From: a virus
DNA: 64,000 nucleotides
Strand: one strand, 5' to 3'
IMG/VR virus record: IMGVR_UViG_3300045988_098930
Part shown: piece by piece, positions 20,627 to 29,818 of the stretch
How the letters are laid out: each line of letters begins with the position of its first letter
Position numbering within the stretch: the stretch's first letter is position 1
Program-made: the position numbers and the translations under genes
Notes under the pieces: model-generated
Seen by the model: only the letters and a program-made list of their open reading frames with translations
Databases searched by the model: none
Told to the model about the DNA's origin: nothing

Positions 20627-23137
20627 TTGCAATGGTTGGTTGACAACAATTTTTCGATAACAGAGCCGGAAGATGATTTAAGACATCTCATTAAACAACA
20701 GGACAACCCTCTGTTCCGTTTGATCCGCATTATTACACATGATAAAAGACGTTATAATCCTTATGTTATTTTTGTGAGCAGTGAAAGGTCTTGTAAGAGC
20801 GAAGAAAATATTCGGCATTTGGTTTATGAAGGTATTGTGGTCAATGGTCAGCGGTATGTGTTCAGTGAACGTTCTGCGTCTATGACTCGTACTGGTATAT
20901 TTAGTTTCGTAGACGCTCGTATAGCAGACGAGTTAAATAGGCGTATTACTATGGATATTACCTTTGATACAACGGTACTGTCCAAGTATTATGCCTATCG
21001 GGGTTTATTTTTCAGCTCGTGCCATTGTCTTGAGGGATGGCGGCCTAAGATTATTATAGTGCCGGATTTGACGTTGCCTGTTCCGCACCAGCACATAAAG
21101 TATCTATACGACTCTGAGGTGTCGTTTGTTGATAAAAATGGCAATGAGCGCACATGGAAACAGAAGGATATTGCAGAAACTACTCGTGATATGGAGATTA
21201 ACGCCTTTGACGGCTGTGGCATCCATCATCCTGACATTACTAAAGAGGTGACAGAGATATTGGGCGCTAAGTCCCCCGTCACCTCTATTCTCTGGCGTGC
21301 GCCGTATATCAAAGGCGTGTCTCATTCGGTAGACTATGAAACCTTTTTTGAGGAACGTGGTGTAGAGTATATCAAAGACATTTGGGGGCGGTGGCATAGC
21401 ATCCACGATAAAATGCTCATCTTCACCGAGAGTATGTACAAGGGTTTGAAATATTTCAAGCAATACGGTGATGGGCGCGATTGGGATAGGTATTGGGACT
21501 TATTTGAGAAATACGATCATTGTATCGGCATTGCAAAATGGAACTTCTCGTTCGCTGAAGAACCTTTGTTTACTCGCGCCAATTACCAGATATTGCAGGA
21601 TTTGGACTTGCCATATGACGATTTCCGCAGTTTGGCTGATGACAGTATTGAGTGGGCCGAGCGGATTGTTGGTGGCGATATGCTGTACACTTATTGCTTT
21701 TTGGGATTGATGGCTGATCGTTGCACGCCTATCAATGCGTACTCTAAAGCTATTCTGAAGAATCCTGAAATGATGAAAGAGCGGACTGTGCGCAAGTTTT
21801 TGCGTGATTCCGCTAAGAAGTATATAGATGGTATGAAGTGCGGCAAGCTATGGCTGGAATCGTGTTTTAAGTTTTTAGCTCCTGACCTTATCTTGCTGAT
21901 GGAGCATATTGGCGGTTTACCGTTGGTGGGGTCTTTACAGGCTGACGAGTTTTACTCTCGTGATTACGATGGTGTATATACGGGCGATTATCTCATTGAG
22001 AGAAATCCGCACATTTGCAGATCGGAGCATACTGTACTGCGTGCTGTGACCAATGACACGATTGATTATTATATCGGGCATCTTGCGAATGTCTGTATGG
22101 TAAATTGCCGGAGTTTGACAGCGCCACGTTTGAACGGAGCTGACTTCGATGGGGACTTGGTGCTTGTATTACAGAACTTCACAATGATGCGCGGTGTGCA
22201 TCGTGACGCGCCTATTGTAATAGATGTTGAGGACAAGATTACGGCAAAGATGGAGCCAGATAATTCAGAGGGGCGTTTAGCTCTAACTATGCGTACTATG
22301 AAGTCTCTCATTGGTGAATATAGTAATTATAGCAGTGCTTATCATAACAAATGTCCCAAAACTGATGAACAACGTGCGATATATGAAGGGTATATTGACC
22401 AAATTTCAGTCCTGACAGGTAAGGCAATCGATCAAGCTAAAACGGGCGTTATTTTCCCCATGCCGCGTCGTATTGCAAAATTTGGGCGACCTCTACCCTA
22501 TTTTATGAAATATCGCAAACCTTATTATGCGAAGCAGAAGCTCTCTAAGGCTCATAGTAATATGAACCGGCTTTGTTATGAGGTGGAACGCTGGCATAAA
22601 CAAATACGGTGGCAACGTTGTGAGAAATTCGATTATACAATTATGTTGGACAATACCATAGATGTGCCGGATGATATATTTAGCGTGATACGTGATATTT
22701 ATAAGCAATATACTGTTGAGATGAATAGTTTAATGCTTGAGCAGAAGCGGGTCCGTACATATCAGGACGAAGATATTAAGGCTCAGGTATCACGTTTCAA
22801 TGCTAAAAACTATGTTATAGACTGGGATGTATATTACGACAAATACCGTCAGCTCTGCCGAGAGGTTTGCCCCGATGCGAAGATGCTGGCTAATATAGCG
22901 GTACGTTTGCAGTACGAAGTGTATCCTAAAAGTGAGTCTCGTTTTATGTGGGTCGTGGCTGAGAAAGGGATTTTAGAGAATATCTGTCAGGTTGAACATT
23001 TGAAATTGCCGCAAAGAGATCCTTTTGGCGAGTATTGCTATTTGGGACGGCGTTATTCGATGGTAGAAGTTCAGACTACGCCTCCATGTGAGTGCGACGA
23101 TTTTAATGATTGGATTGGAGAGTGGCAATTTGATTAA
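20627..23137 (+). CDS. candidate single-chain two-barrel RNA polymerase (YonO / cellular-RdRP-like)
   Basis: 836-aa ORF. Motifs: RAPYIKG (aa 224-230, nt 21296..21316), RNPH (aa 459-462, from nt 22001) and NGADFDGD (aa 503-510, nt 22133..22156). The start is uncertain: TTG at 20627 has no SD, and the frame is open from 20582. Confidence 0.7.
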   Translation: MQWLVDNNFSITEPEDDLRHLIKQQDNPLFRLIRIITHDKRRYNPYVIFVSSERSCKSEENIRHLVYEGIVVNGQRYVFSERSASMTRTGIFSFVDARIADELNRRITMDITFDTTVLSKYYAYRGLFFSSCHCLEGWRPKIIIVPDLTLPVPHQHIKYLYDSEVSFVDKNGNERTWKQKDIAETTRDMEINAFDGCGIHHPDITKEVTEILGAKSPVTSILWRAPYIKGVSHSVDYETFFEERGVEYIKDIWGRWHSIHDKMLIFTESMYKGLKYFKQYGDGRDWDRYWDLFEKYDHCIGIAKWNFSFAEEPLFTRANYQILQDLDLPYDDFRSLADDSIEWAERIVGGDMLYTYCFLGLMADRCTPINAYSKAILKNPEMMKERTVRKFLRDSAKKYIDGMKCGKLWLESCFKFLAPDLILLMEHIGGLPLVGSLQADEFYSRDYDGVYTGDYLIERNPHICRSEHTVLRAVTNDTIDYYIGHLANVCMVNCRSLTAPRLNGADFDGDLVLVLQNFTMMRGVHRDAPIVIDVEDKITAKMEPDNSEGRLALTMRTMKSLIGEYSNYSSAYHNKCPKTDEQRAIYEGYIDQISVLTGKAIDQAKTGVIFPMPRRIAKFGRPLPYFMKYRKPYYAKQKLSKAHSNMNRLCYEVERWHKQIRWQRCEKFDYTIMLDNTIDVPDDIFSVIRDIYKQYTVEMNSLMLEQKRVRTYQDEDIKAQVSRFNAKNYVIDWDVYYDKYRQLCREVCPDAKMLANIAVRLQYEVYPKSESRFMWVVAEKGILENICQVEHLKLPQRDPFGEYCYLGRRYSMVEVQTTPPCECDDFNDWIGEWQFD

Positions 23138-23735
23138 CGAGCGTTTGGAAGCTCGGCAATTTATTGAGGGCAACAACCTTAATAAACGGTGTGTATATCA
23201 TATTTGTTATATTATGGCTAAATATTATCGGGATGACGGGTTGAGCCATGAAGCCATTCGCGAAAGGCTAAAAGAGTGGGAAGGTAAATACGGTTATTAT
23301 TTCGAGTTTGATGTAAACAAGGTTATATATAATGTGATGGATAGCAGGACTCCCCTTCGTGGGGATGTCCCTGTTTTTATCAATACAACAGATATTGAAG
23401 AAATACGTAAACGGTTTGATAGCAAAAATACGCGACTGCTGGCGTTGGCGTTACTGGCGTATGGCAAAGCGTGCGCTAACAAGTATGGTGACTGTAATGT
23501 GTCGTTGCTGGGCGTGGCTAATTGGCTGCACGTTGACTACTCTAATCTTGTCAATCGCAGCTTTAAGGAATTGATAGACTTTGGGTATATTGCTCGTGTA
23601 GACACTAAAAAGAAATGGATTAAGAGCAGCCGTAACCAAGTCACACGCATACATTTTAACGTGCCGTTGGTGAATACCGGCGACAATCGCGTGATGGATA
23701 ACAACATTGTGCGGATATTTAATGAATATTTTTAG
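23130..23735 (+). CDS. putative winged-helix DNA-binding protein
   Basis: Track ORF 23088..23735 trimmed to the TTG at 23130, 7 nt after GGAGAG. The C-terminal LLGVANWLHVDYSNLVNRSFKELIDFGYIARV looks like a wHTH recognition unit (inference). Confidence 0.5.
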   Translation: MINERLEARQFIEGNNLNKRCVYHICYIMAKYYRDDGLSHEAIRERLKEWEGKYGYYFEFDVNKVIYNVMDSRTPLRGDVPVFINTTDIEEIRKRFDSKNTRLLALALLAYGKACANKYGDCNVSLLGVANWLHVDYSNLVNRSFKELIDFGYIARVDTKKKWIKSSRNQVTRIHFNVPLVNTGDNRVMDNNIVRIFNEYF

Positions 23736-23768
23736 CCTAAAGGGTTTAATGGGTACTAATATAATCTC

Positions 23769-23800
23769 AGTCAAACAAAATAGTCAAATTAAGTAGTCAC
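23769..23800 (+). repeat. three AGTCA(A/C) direct repeats at 13-nt spacing
   Basis: AGTCAAA at 23769, AGTCAAA at 23782 and AGTCAC at 23795. A TATAAT lies about 15 nt upstream (TACTAATATAATCTC). Confidence 0.5.
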
Positions 23801-23847
23801 GACGGGGTTAAGCGGTATCTAATTTTTGAGCTAAAGGATGGTTGTAT

Positions 23848-24018
23848 TTGATTAACATTACCCGTGAAGAATCCCTTTATTTACGTCAGCATGGCGCACA
23901 AGTTGTTGTGCTGAACAAGCAGGCCCCCGCCCGTAAGAAGAAGTATATGGTTCCTGAAGACCGTCTGACGGCGCGGTTGCTTGACCAGTATCATAGGGAG
24001 CAAAAACGGCATGGTTGA
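23848..24018 (+). CDS. small basic protein (56 aa)
   Basis: Below the track cutoff. TTG at 23848 lies 8 nt after AAAGGA. Hand translation: (M)INITREESLYLRQHGAQVVVLNKQAPARKKKYMVPEDRLTARLLDQYHREQKRHG. Confidence 0.45.
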   Translation: MINITREESLYLRQHGAQVVVLNKQAPARKKKYMVPEDRLTARLLDQYHREQKRHG

Positions 24019-25207
24019 TTTAAGACGGCGCTCTGACGAGCTTTTGGACGAAGAATATCTGTACCGCATCGGCAAGGCTAAAGATGATGGCTTGATTGCC
24101 GAAACGTGGGAGGAATTAACCCCCGTGCTGAACGAGGAGTGCGGGGAAGAAAAAGGCCCTTGCACATGGCGTAAGCATTACGCCAGTGGCAAGAAGTGGC
24201 AAGCCGTATTCGCCAAACAGGGGTGCATTGAAGATGTTGCGGCGTTGCGGGAAAGGCAACAAGGAATTGCCAAGGAACGTATAAAACTGCGCGATGAGCG
24301 CACCGCTTTAAATAAAGAACTGCGAGAACAGGCGAGATATGAGGTCAACAATGAGCTATGGGAGCGTAAGCTGGCAGAGCTGGGTCAGACTAAGTTCCCT
24401 GTGGTGGCAGTGCCACAGCTTGATGGTGACTGCTCTCTGTTAATCTGTCTGAGTGACTGGCATATTGGGATGACCTTTAATAGCTGTACTGGTCAATATG
24501 ATACAGATATTGCATGGAATCGTTTGTCTCAATTATTATGCCAAATTCGGGACATTCAACAGCGGCACAATGTCGCTTCTGCTCATATTGTATTGCTGGG
24601 TGATTTAATAAGCGGCGCACCTCATCCTGTTGTCGCAATGCAGAACCGTGAAGACGTTGTGGATCAGGTTATACTTGCCGGTGAAATGTTGGCTCAATTT
24701 ATATACAACATTTCAATGTTGTTTACCAACGTGTATGTTACTGCTGTAAATGGTAATCATAGTCGGCTCACCCCCAATAAAAAGGACGCTATCATTGGTG
24801 AACGCTTAGATAGGCTGGTTACATGGCACGCGACCACTGAATGTAAACACTTGCCCAATGTGAGTATTAGTCAACCTTTAGATGGGTTCCATGGCACGCT
24901 GGACATAATTGAGATTCGTGGCAAGTCGTATGTGCTTGACCACGGAGACTTCGACCAGTTTACTGAGGCTGGTGTTGCTAAGTTAATCTCTTATTTGGGC
25001 TTTGTGCCGAACGCAATAATCTCTGCGCACAAGCATACCCCAGCATATATGGAAGTAAATAGTGTCGCCTGTGTGCAGAACGGTTGTCTGTCGGGTGGTG
25101 GCGATCAATTTACGTTGGAACACCGTCTGGGCGGTAAGCCGTCGCAAACTGTATGTGTGTGCTCAGATGCGGGCATCGAAGTTATGTATCCGATTAAACT
25201 GATATAG
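24011..25207 (+). CDS. calcineurin-like metallophosphoesterase (Mre11/SbcD-type motif set)
   Basis: Track ORF 23981..25207 trimmed to the ATG at 24011. Motifs in order: LSDWHIG, LLGDLISG, VNGNHSR, LDHGDF, SAHKHTP. A ~130-aa coiled-coil-like N-terminal extension precedes them. Confidence 0.7.
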   Translation: MVDLRRRSDELLDEEYLYRIGKAKDDGLIAETWEELTPVLNEECGEEKGPCTWRKHYASGKKWQAVFAKQGCIEDVAALRERQQGIAKERIKLRDERTALNKELREQARYEVNNELWERKLAELGQTKFPVVAVPQLDGDCSLLICLSDWHIGMTFNSCTGQYDTDIAWNRLSQLLCQIRDIQQRHNVASAHIVLLGDLISGAPHPVVAMQNREDVVDQVILAGEMLAQFIYNISMLFTNVYVTAVNGNHSRLTPNKKDAIIGERLDRLVTWHATTECKHLPNVSISQPLDGFHGTLDIIEIRGKSYVLDHGDFDQFTEAGVAKLISYLGFVPNAIISAHKHTPAYMEVNSVACVQNGCLSGGGDQFTLEHRLGGKPSQTVCVCSDAGIEVMYPIKLI

Positions 25208-25302
25208 TTTCATACCGCTTTCGTCTGTTGAACGATTCGCGGTTTTGGGTTGAGTATGTTCAACTCTCTCCCTCCTATTGTGGCGAAATGCCATATAATT
25301 GA

Positions 25303-25339
25303 GGGCGCTATGTATGGCGGGCAGACTCCCGCCGCGCCC
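25303..25339 (+). promoter_or_regulatory. GC-rich compound hairpin upstream of the Bro/ANT gene
   Basis: Outer stem GGGCGC (25303..25308) pairs with GCGCCC (25334..25339). Inner stem GGCGGG (25316..25321) pairs with CCCGCC (25328..25333). TATAAT at 25294..25299 lies just upstream. Confidence 0.35.
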
Positions 25340-25361
25340 TCCTATTCTGAAGGAGGAAAAA

Positions 25362-26168
25362 TTGACTACTGATATACAGATTTTTAAGAATGAACAGTTC
25401 GGCCAGATTCGCACTTTAGTCGAAAATGATAAGGTGCTATTTTGTGGTTCTGACATAGCAAGGGCATTGGGGTACGCACGTCCCAGTGAAGCGGTCGCTA
25501 CCCATGCAAAGGGTACGGTAAAACGGCGTACCCTTACTAATGGTGGCGAACAAGAGATGGGGTTTATTACTGAGGGCGATGTGTATCGCTTAATAATACG
25601 TAGCAAACTCCCTGCTGCCGAGCATTTTGAACGTTGGGTTTTTGATGAGGTGCTTCCTGCTATCCGCAAGACCGGAATGTACGCTACTCCCGCCACTGTG
25701 GAAGCTATGTTGGCTAATCCAGATACCATGATTCAGGTGTTGCAGGCATTTAAAGATGAACGCGAACAGCGCTTGGCTTTGGAGACAAGGGTTGTAGCGG
25801 ATGCGCCCAAAGTAGCGTTCGCTGATGCTGTGGAAACGTCTACCGACAGTTGCCTTGTGGGGCAGTTGGCAAAGATAATACGTCAGAACGGATATGAGAT
25901 CGGTGCGAATAGATTGTTTGAGTATTTGCGCAAAGACGGCTATCTTTGTAGGGTTGGTAGTAATCGTAATATGCCGACCCAGCGCAGCATGGAAGCTGGC
26001 TGGTTTGAGGTCAAAGAAAGTGTTCTTGAGAACCCCGATGGCAGTATTCGTGTAGTGCGGACTCCGAAAGTCACCGGTAAGGGTCAAATCTATTTTGTGA
26101 ATAAATTTCTTCGTCCAGAGGCAGTGAGGTCGGAATCGGCTTCCGGCACACGTGAAGGCACTATATGA
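25362..26168 (+). CDS. Bro-N plus KilAC/ANT-type antirepressor
   Basis: Track ORF 25299..26168 trimmed to the TTG at 25362, 6 nt after GAAGGAGG. The Bro-N half is IQIFKNEQFGQIRTLVENDKVLFCGSDIARALGY. The C-terminal half (VGQLAKIIRQNGYEIGANRLFEYLRKDGYL) is typical of ANT/KilAC. Confidence 0.7.
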   Translation: MTTDIQIFKNEQFGQIRTLVENDKVLFCGSDIARALGYARPSEAVATHAKGTVKRRTLTNGGEQEMGFITEGDVYRLIIRSKLPAAEHFERWVFDEVLPAIRKTGMYATPATVEAMLANPDTMIQVLQAFKDEREQRLALETRVVADAPKVAFADAVETSTDSCLVGQLAKIIRQNGYEIGANRLFEYLRKDGYLCRVGSNRNMPTQRSMEAGWFEVKESVLENPDGSIRVVRTPKVTGKGQIYFVNKFLRPEAVRSESASGTREGTI

Positions 26169-26258
26169 TGCTCGATGGATATAGGCTGGGTGTCCTTAAC
26201 CACCCACCATTAGCGATTGCGAGGGTCTTCTTTCCCTTTCACCCTTGCATACGAAACG

Positions 26259-26294
26259 GGGCAGCTTTCATTTGGCTGCCCTGTTTTTGTGTTT
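26259..26294 (+). terminator. intrinsic terminator (plus strand)
   Basis: GGGCAGC (26259..26265) pairs with GCTGCCC (26275..26281), followed by TGTTTTTGTGTTT. Confidence 0.7.
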
Positions 26295-26327
26295 AAAAAT
26301 CTCAACACTGCGGAGGTGGTATGTAGT

Positions 26328-27158
26328 TTGTTCAAAATAGAGTATGGAAAAATCTTTATCACCCGTGGTGATAGCGCGGCGTTTGATATTGAAGTGCGAC
26401 AGCCCGATAAAAGGACGGTCTATGAGTTAGCAGCGGGCGACACGCTAACCTTCACCGTTAAACCGTCTGATTCAGAAGTGGAGCATCTGCTTCAAAAAAC
26501 GGGCAAGACCATTCAAATTACCCCTGCTGATACTCAGAAGTGGGCGTATGGTAAATATTGGTATGATGTACAGTTGACGTTCGCTGACGGCACGATTAAC
26601 ACTATTGTGCCGCCCACCCCTTTCATAGTGTGTAGCGAAATAACCTTTGGGCAAGAAGTGCTTGGCGAGGATGGTAAACCCGTTCCCAGCACAGCTTGTA
26701 ATCGTAAACATGGTGTACATTCGTTTGGGTCAGGAGCAAAACAGCTTATAGGTGTGGTGAATTTGTCCACATATAAGCAGTATGTGCCTCCAACTCCTTT
26801 AGAAAATGGCGCAACGCCGGATGAAATATTGAAGGGTTATGAAGCGTACAACGATAGTGGCGATGTGATTGTTGGTACTTTAGATGTTGATGATTTGAAG
26901 TACGATTTTGGCGAAGGGTTGAAACTTGATGGTCGCACTCTGTCTGTGGACAAGGATGTAGTAGATAAGACATACATTTATACGCAGATGGTGGCGGCAG
27001 ATATTTGGACTATACAACACAACTTGAACAAGTATCCCTCTATCACGGTGGTTGATAGTGCGGGTTCATGTGTTGTGGGTGAAGTCGATTATAAAGACAT
27101 GAATACGTTGACCGTGACCTTTAGCGGTGCGTTTTCTGGTAAAGCATTTTTGAATTGA
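26328..27158 (+). CDS. tail-fibre / baseplate-associated protein with N-terminal Ig-like (BppU_N-like) domain
   Basis: Track ORF 26217..27158 trimmed past the terminator to the TTG at 26328, 8 nt after GGAGGTGG. N-terminus is ITRGDSAAFDIEV...YWYDVQL. C-terminus is WTIQHNLNKYPSITVVD... Confidence 0.55.
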   Translation: MFKIEYGKIFITRGDSAAFDIEVRQPDKRTVYELAAGDTLTFTVKPSDSEVEHLLQKTGKTIQITPADTQKWAYGKYWYDVQLTFADGTINTIVPPTPFIVCSEITFGQEVLGEDGKPVPSTACNRKHGVHSFGSGAKQLIGVVNLSTYKQYVPPTPLENGATPDEILKGYEAYNDSGDVIVGTLDVDDLKYDFGEGLKLDGRTLSVDKDVVDKTYIYTQMVAADIWTIQHNLNKYPSITVVDSAGSCVVGEVDYKDMNTLTVTFSGAFSGKAFLN

Positions 27159-27172
27159 TGGAGGGTTAATCA

Positions 27173-28546
27173 ATGAAGGTTTTGACGAACTTAGACCTTA
27201 ACAAAAACCAGATTCTCAACGCTGTTTTGCAGGGTTTGGCTACTGCCCCGGAAAACCCCCGCGAGGGTCAGTATTACTATAATACGGCAGATAAGGTTCT
27301 GTATATATGGAACGGTACTGCGTGGGCTTCGTCTGGTGTCAAGGTAGAAGCATCAGCTACGAATGGTCATATTAAAATAGGCGACGAAGATGTGACCGTG
27401 TACGAACTGCCTGCCGCGTCTGCGGCAGTTGTCGGTGGCGTTAAGGCAGGCGCAGGTCTTGAGGTGTCGTCTGATGGCACTTTGAGTAAAACTATATCGT
27501 ATTACAATGTAGTACGTAATGATGGTGAGAGCGATAATGATGCCCTAACTCGTGCAGTAGGTGAAGCTGCTCCCATTGAAGGTGATATTGCGGTCATACA
27601 GACGCTTATTGCTGAGGGCAAGTATTCTTATATGGCGTTTGTGTATGACGCTGGCGCATGGAAGGCTATGGACGGCAATGTAAGCGCCGAGAATGTTTAT
27701 TTGTCTGCGGATATAGTAACCGCTGGTAGTTATACTCAGGTGGGCAACATTACTAAGGGCGCTAATGCCACCGGCTCTATTCCTGCCGCTGGTAAGAGTG
27801 TTAAGGATGTCTTTCAGGCGATATTCACCAAAGAGATGAATCCGACTGCTACGGCTCCTGCGGCAAGTGTAACGATGACACCTTCTGGTGCTAAAGAGGT
27901 TGGCACAAAGGTTACTCCGTCTTATACGGCTACGTTAAGTGCTGGCTCTTATACTTATGGTCCCGCCACTGGCATTACCGCTAAGTCTTGGGCCATATCT
28001 GCCACTGGTGGCGAGACCGCTACTACCGCTACTGGTTCCTTTGCGGAGCTGACTATTGCAGATAATACAAACTACAAGATTAGTGCTACTGCTACTTATG
28101 AACAGGGCAATATGCCTGTGACCAATCTTGGCAATGAATATGGCGCGGCACGTATCCCCGCTGGTTCTAAAACTGCTAACTCTGCGGCATTGACCGGTTA
28201 TAGGTCTTTCTTCTACGGCTCTAAGACGGCGGCTATTGAATTGAATAGTACCAATATTCGTGCGCTTACCAACAGCAATAAGGCCGTAGTAGCCAATCAA
28301 GAGTTTCAGATGCCTGTTGTCGAGGGTGCGGTGCAAGTTATTGTGGCCTTCCCCACCAGCATCAATAAAACGCTTAAAAAGGTGTTAGATGTTGGCGCGT
28401 TTGGTACGGATATAGTGTCCAGTTTTACCAAGCAGGTTGTGTCTGTTGAGGGCGCGAATGGTTATGCTGGCGTCAATTATGATGTCTATGTATACGCTCC
28501 CGATGCTGCGTTGGGTGCGAATACTTACAAGGTAACGATTGGTTAA
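27173..28546 (+). CDS. tail fibre protein
   Basis: The N-terminus LDLNKNQILNAVLQGLATAPENPREGQYYYNTADKVLYIWNGTAW is a common fibre N-terminal pattern. Contains VGGVKAGAGLEVSSDGTLS. Confidence 0.65.
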   Translation: MKVLTNLDLNKNQILNAVLQGLATAPENPREGQYYYNTADKVLYIWNGTAWASSGVKVEASATNGHIKIGDEDVTVYELPAASAAVVGGVKAGAGLEVSSDGTLSKTISYYNVVRNDGESDNDALTRAVGEAAPIEGDIAVIQTLIAEGKYSYMAFVYDAGAWKAMDGNVSAENVYLSADIVTAGSYTQVGNITKGANATGSIPAAGKSVKDVFQAIFTKEMNPTATAPAASVTMTPSGAKEVGTKVTPSYTATLSAGSYTYGPATGITAKSWAISATGGETATTATGSFAELTIADNTNYKISATATYEQGNMPVTNLGNEYGAARIPAGSKTANSAALTGYRSFFYGSKTAAIELNSTNIRALTNSNKAVVANQEFQMPVVEGAVQVIVAFPTSINKTLKKVLDVGAFGTDIVSSFTKQVVSVEGANGYAGVNYDVYVYAPDAALGANTYKVTIG

Positions 28547-28561
28547 GGGAGGGTGTGAAGA

Positions 28562-29644
28562 ATGGCTAATTATATAGAAAATTTTGCATCCAAACTTGAT
28601 TTTGCGATGCCGTTCCAGAGGACTGGCAAGTTTCCGCTGGATCGTACTGACCTGTTTAGCTCTTATTCCGACGCCGTAAAATATGCTGCTGGTGATACTG
28701 CTGACCCTGATAGCCGCGCATTATGCGGTACGTCTTATGTAGGTCAGGTTATTACCGTCTTTGAAAACGATGTTGTTACTGTCTATAAGATAGGCGCTAA
28801 TCGTCAGCTTGAGTCGATTGGTGGTGCGTACACGCTCCCCAAGGCAAGCGCGACCGAGCTGGGCGGCATTAAGGTGGGCGCTGGTCTCAACATTTCTGAG
28901 GAAGGTACGCTGTCTGCTACTGGCGGCGGTACTGCTGATGCTGTTGAGTGGGCGAATGTTATTGATAAGCCCACCAAACTGTCTCAGTTTACGAATGACC
29001 TTGAGTTTATTGATAAAACGGTCAGTAATTTAGTCAATTATTACGATAAGACCAGTGTAGATCAGATGATTGGTCAAATTGCCACTCTGAGTGTACAGAA
29101 GGTCGATGAGCTACCCGCCGAAAATATTAAGACCAATGTTATATATCTGGTAGCCAAGGCCGGTACTACTGGCAGCGATCTGTATACAGAATATATGTAT
29201 ATAGACAATAAGTGGGAGATATTGGGCGATACTTCTATTGATTTAACCAATTATCTCACTAAGACTGGTGACGCCAGTGCGACAACTGCGGCGTTCACTG
29301 CTGCGGCAGCTCGTGCATTGCCTGCTACTGGCGAGTCTTTGGCTATTATTATTGGCAAGGTTATTAAGTATCTTGCCGACCTGAAAGATGTCGCCTTTAG
29401 TGGTGATTATAACGACTTATCGAATAAGCCGAATAGCATCAAATATCACGACCTGTCTGTTACCACTGCTACTGCCACTTATACTGCTGAGGGCGCTGTG
29501 CTGAATGTATCTCTGACAGATTCGACTACCAAGGAGTCTGTGCTGGCAGATGTCGCCATTGAGGCTGATAACAAGGTGACGATTACTTGTGCCGAAGCTC
29601 CTGCAAATGCACTAACCGCCCGCATAACCTATGTGGGAGTGTGA
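28562..29644 (+). CDS. tail fibre protein
   Basis: Contains TELGGIKVGAGLNISEEGTLS, a motif shared with the neighbouring genes. Confidence 0.6.
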   Translation: MANYIENFASKLDFAMPFQRTGKFPLDRTDLFSSYSDAVKYAAGDTADPDSRALCGTSYVGQVITVFENDVVTVYKIGANRQLESIGGAYTLPKASATELGGIKVGAGLNISEEGTLSATGGGTADAVEWANVIDKPTKLSQFTNDLEFIDKTVSNLVNYYDKTSVDQMIGQIATLSVQKVDELPAENIKTNVIYLVAKAGTTGSDLYTEYMYIDNKWEILGDTSIDLTNYLTKTGDASATTAAFTAAAARALPATGESLAIIIGKVIKYLADLKDVAFSGDYNDLSNKPNSIKYHDLSVTTATATYTAEGAVLNVSLTDSTTKESVLADVAIEADNKVTITCAEAPANALTARITYVGV

Positions 29645-29650
29645 TGATGG

Positions 29651-29803
29651 ATGAAATGTTATGCACCGGTTGATGATCCGAAAGATGTAACCACTAAAGA
29701 GTATGTAGATGCGGCAGATAGCGTTAAGCTCGAAGAAAGAGATTTAACCGAGCTTACCAATCCAGAGGTTTTGACTATCTGGAATACTATCTTTGGTAAT
29801 TAA
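29651..29803 (+). CDS. small fibre-associated protein (50 aa)
   Basis: Below the track cutoff. MKCYAPVDDPKDVTTKEYVDAADSVKLEERDLTELTNPEVLTIWNTIFGN. Its end resembles the C-terminus of 29819..31189 (TNPEVQAIWDSVFTA). Confidence 0.4.
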   Translation: MKCYAPVDDPKDVTTKEYVDAADSVKLEERDLTELTNPEVLTIWNTIFGN

Positions 29804-29818
29804 GGGGTTGGGTAAGAT

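Noticed and set aside
26217-26327. The 5' extension of the first fibre ORF, from the track start (TTG) at 26217.
   Set aside because: The extension would read through the intrinsic terminator at 26259..26294 and has no RBS. The TTG at 26328 follows GGAGGTGG.
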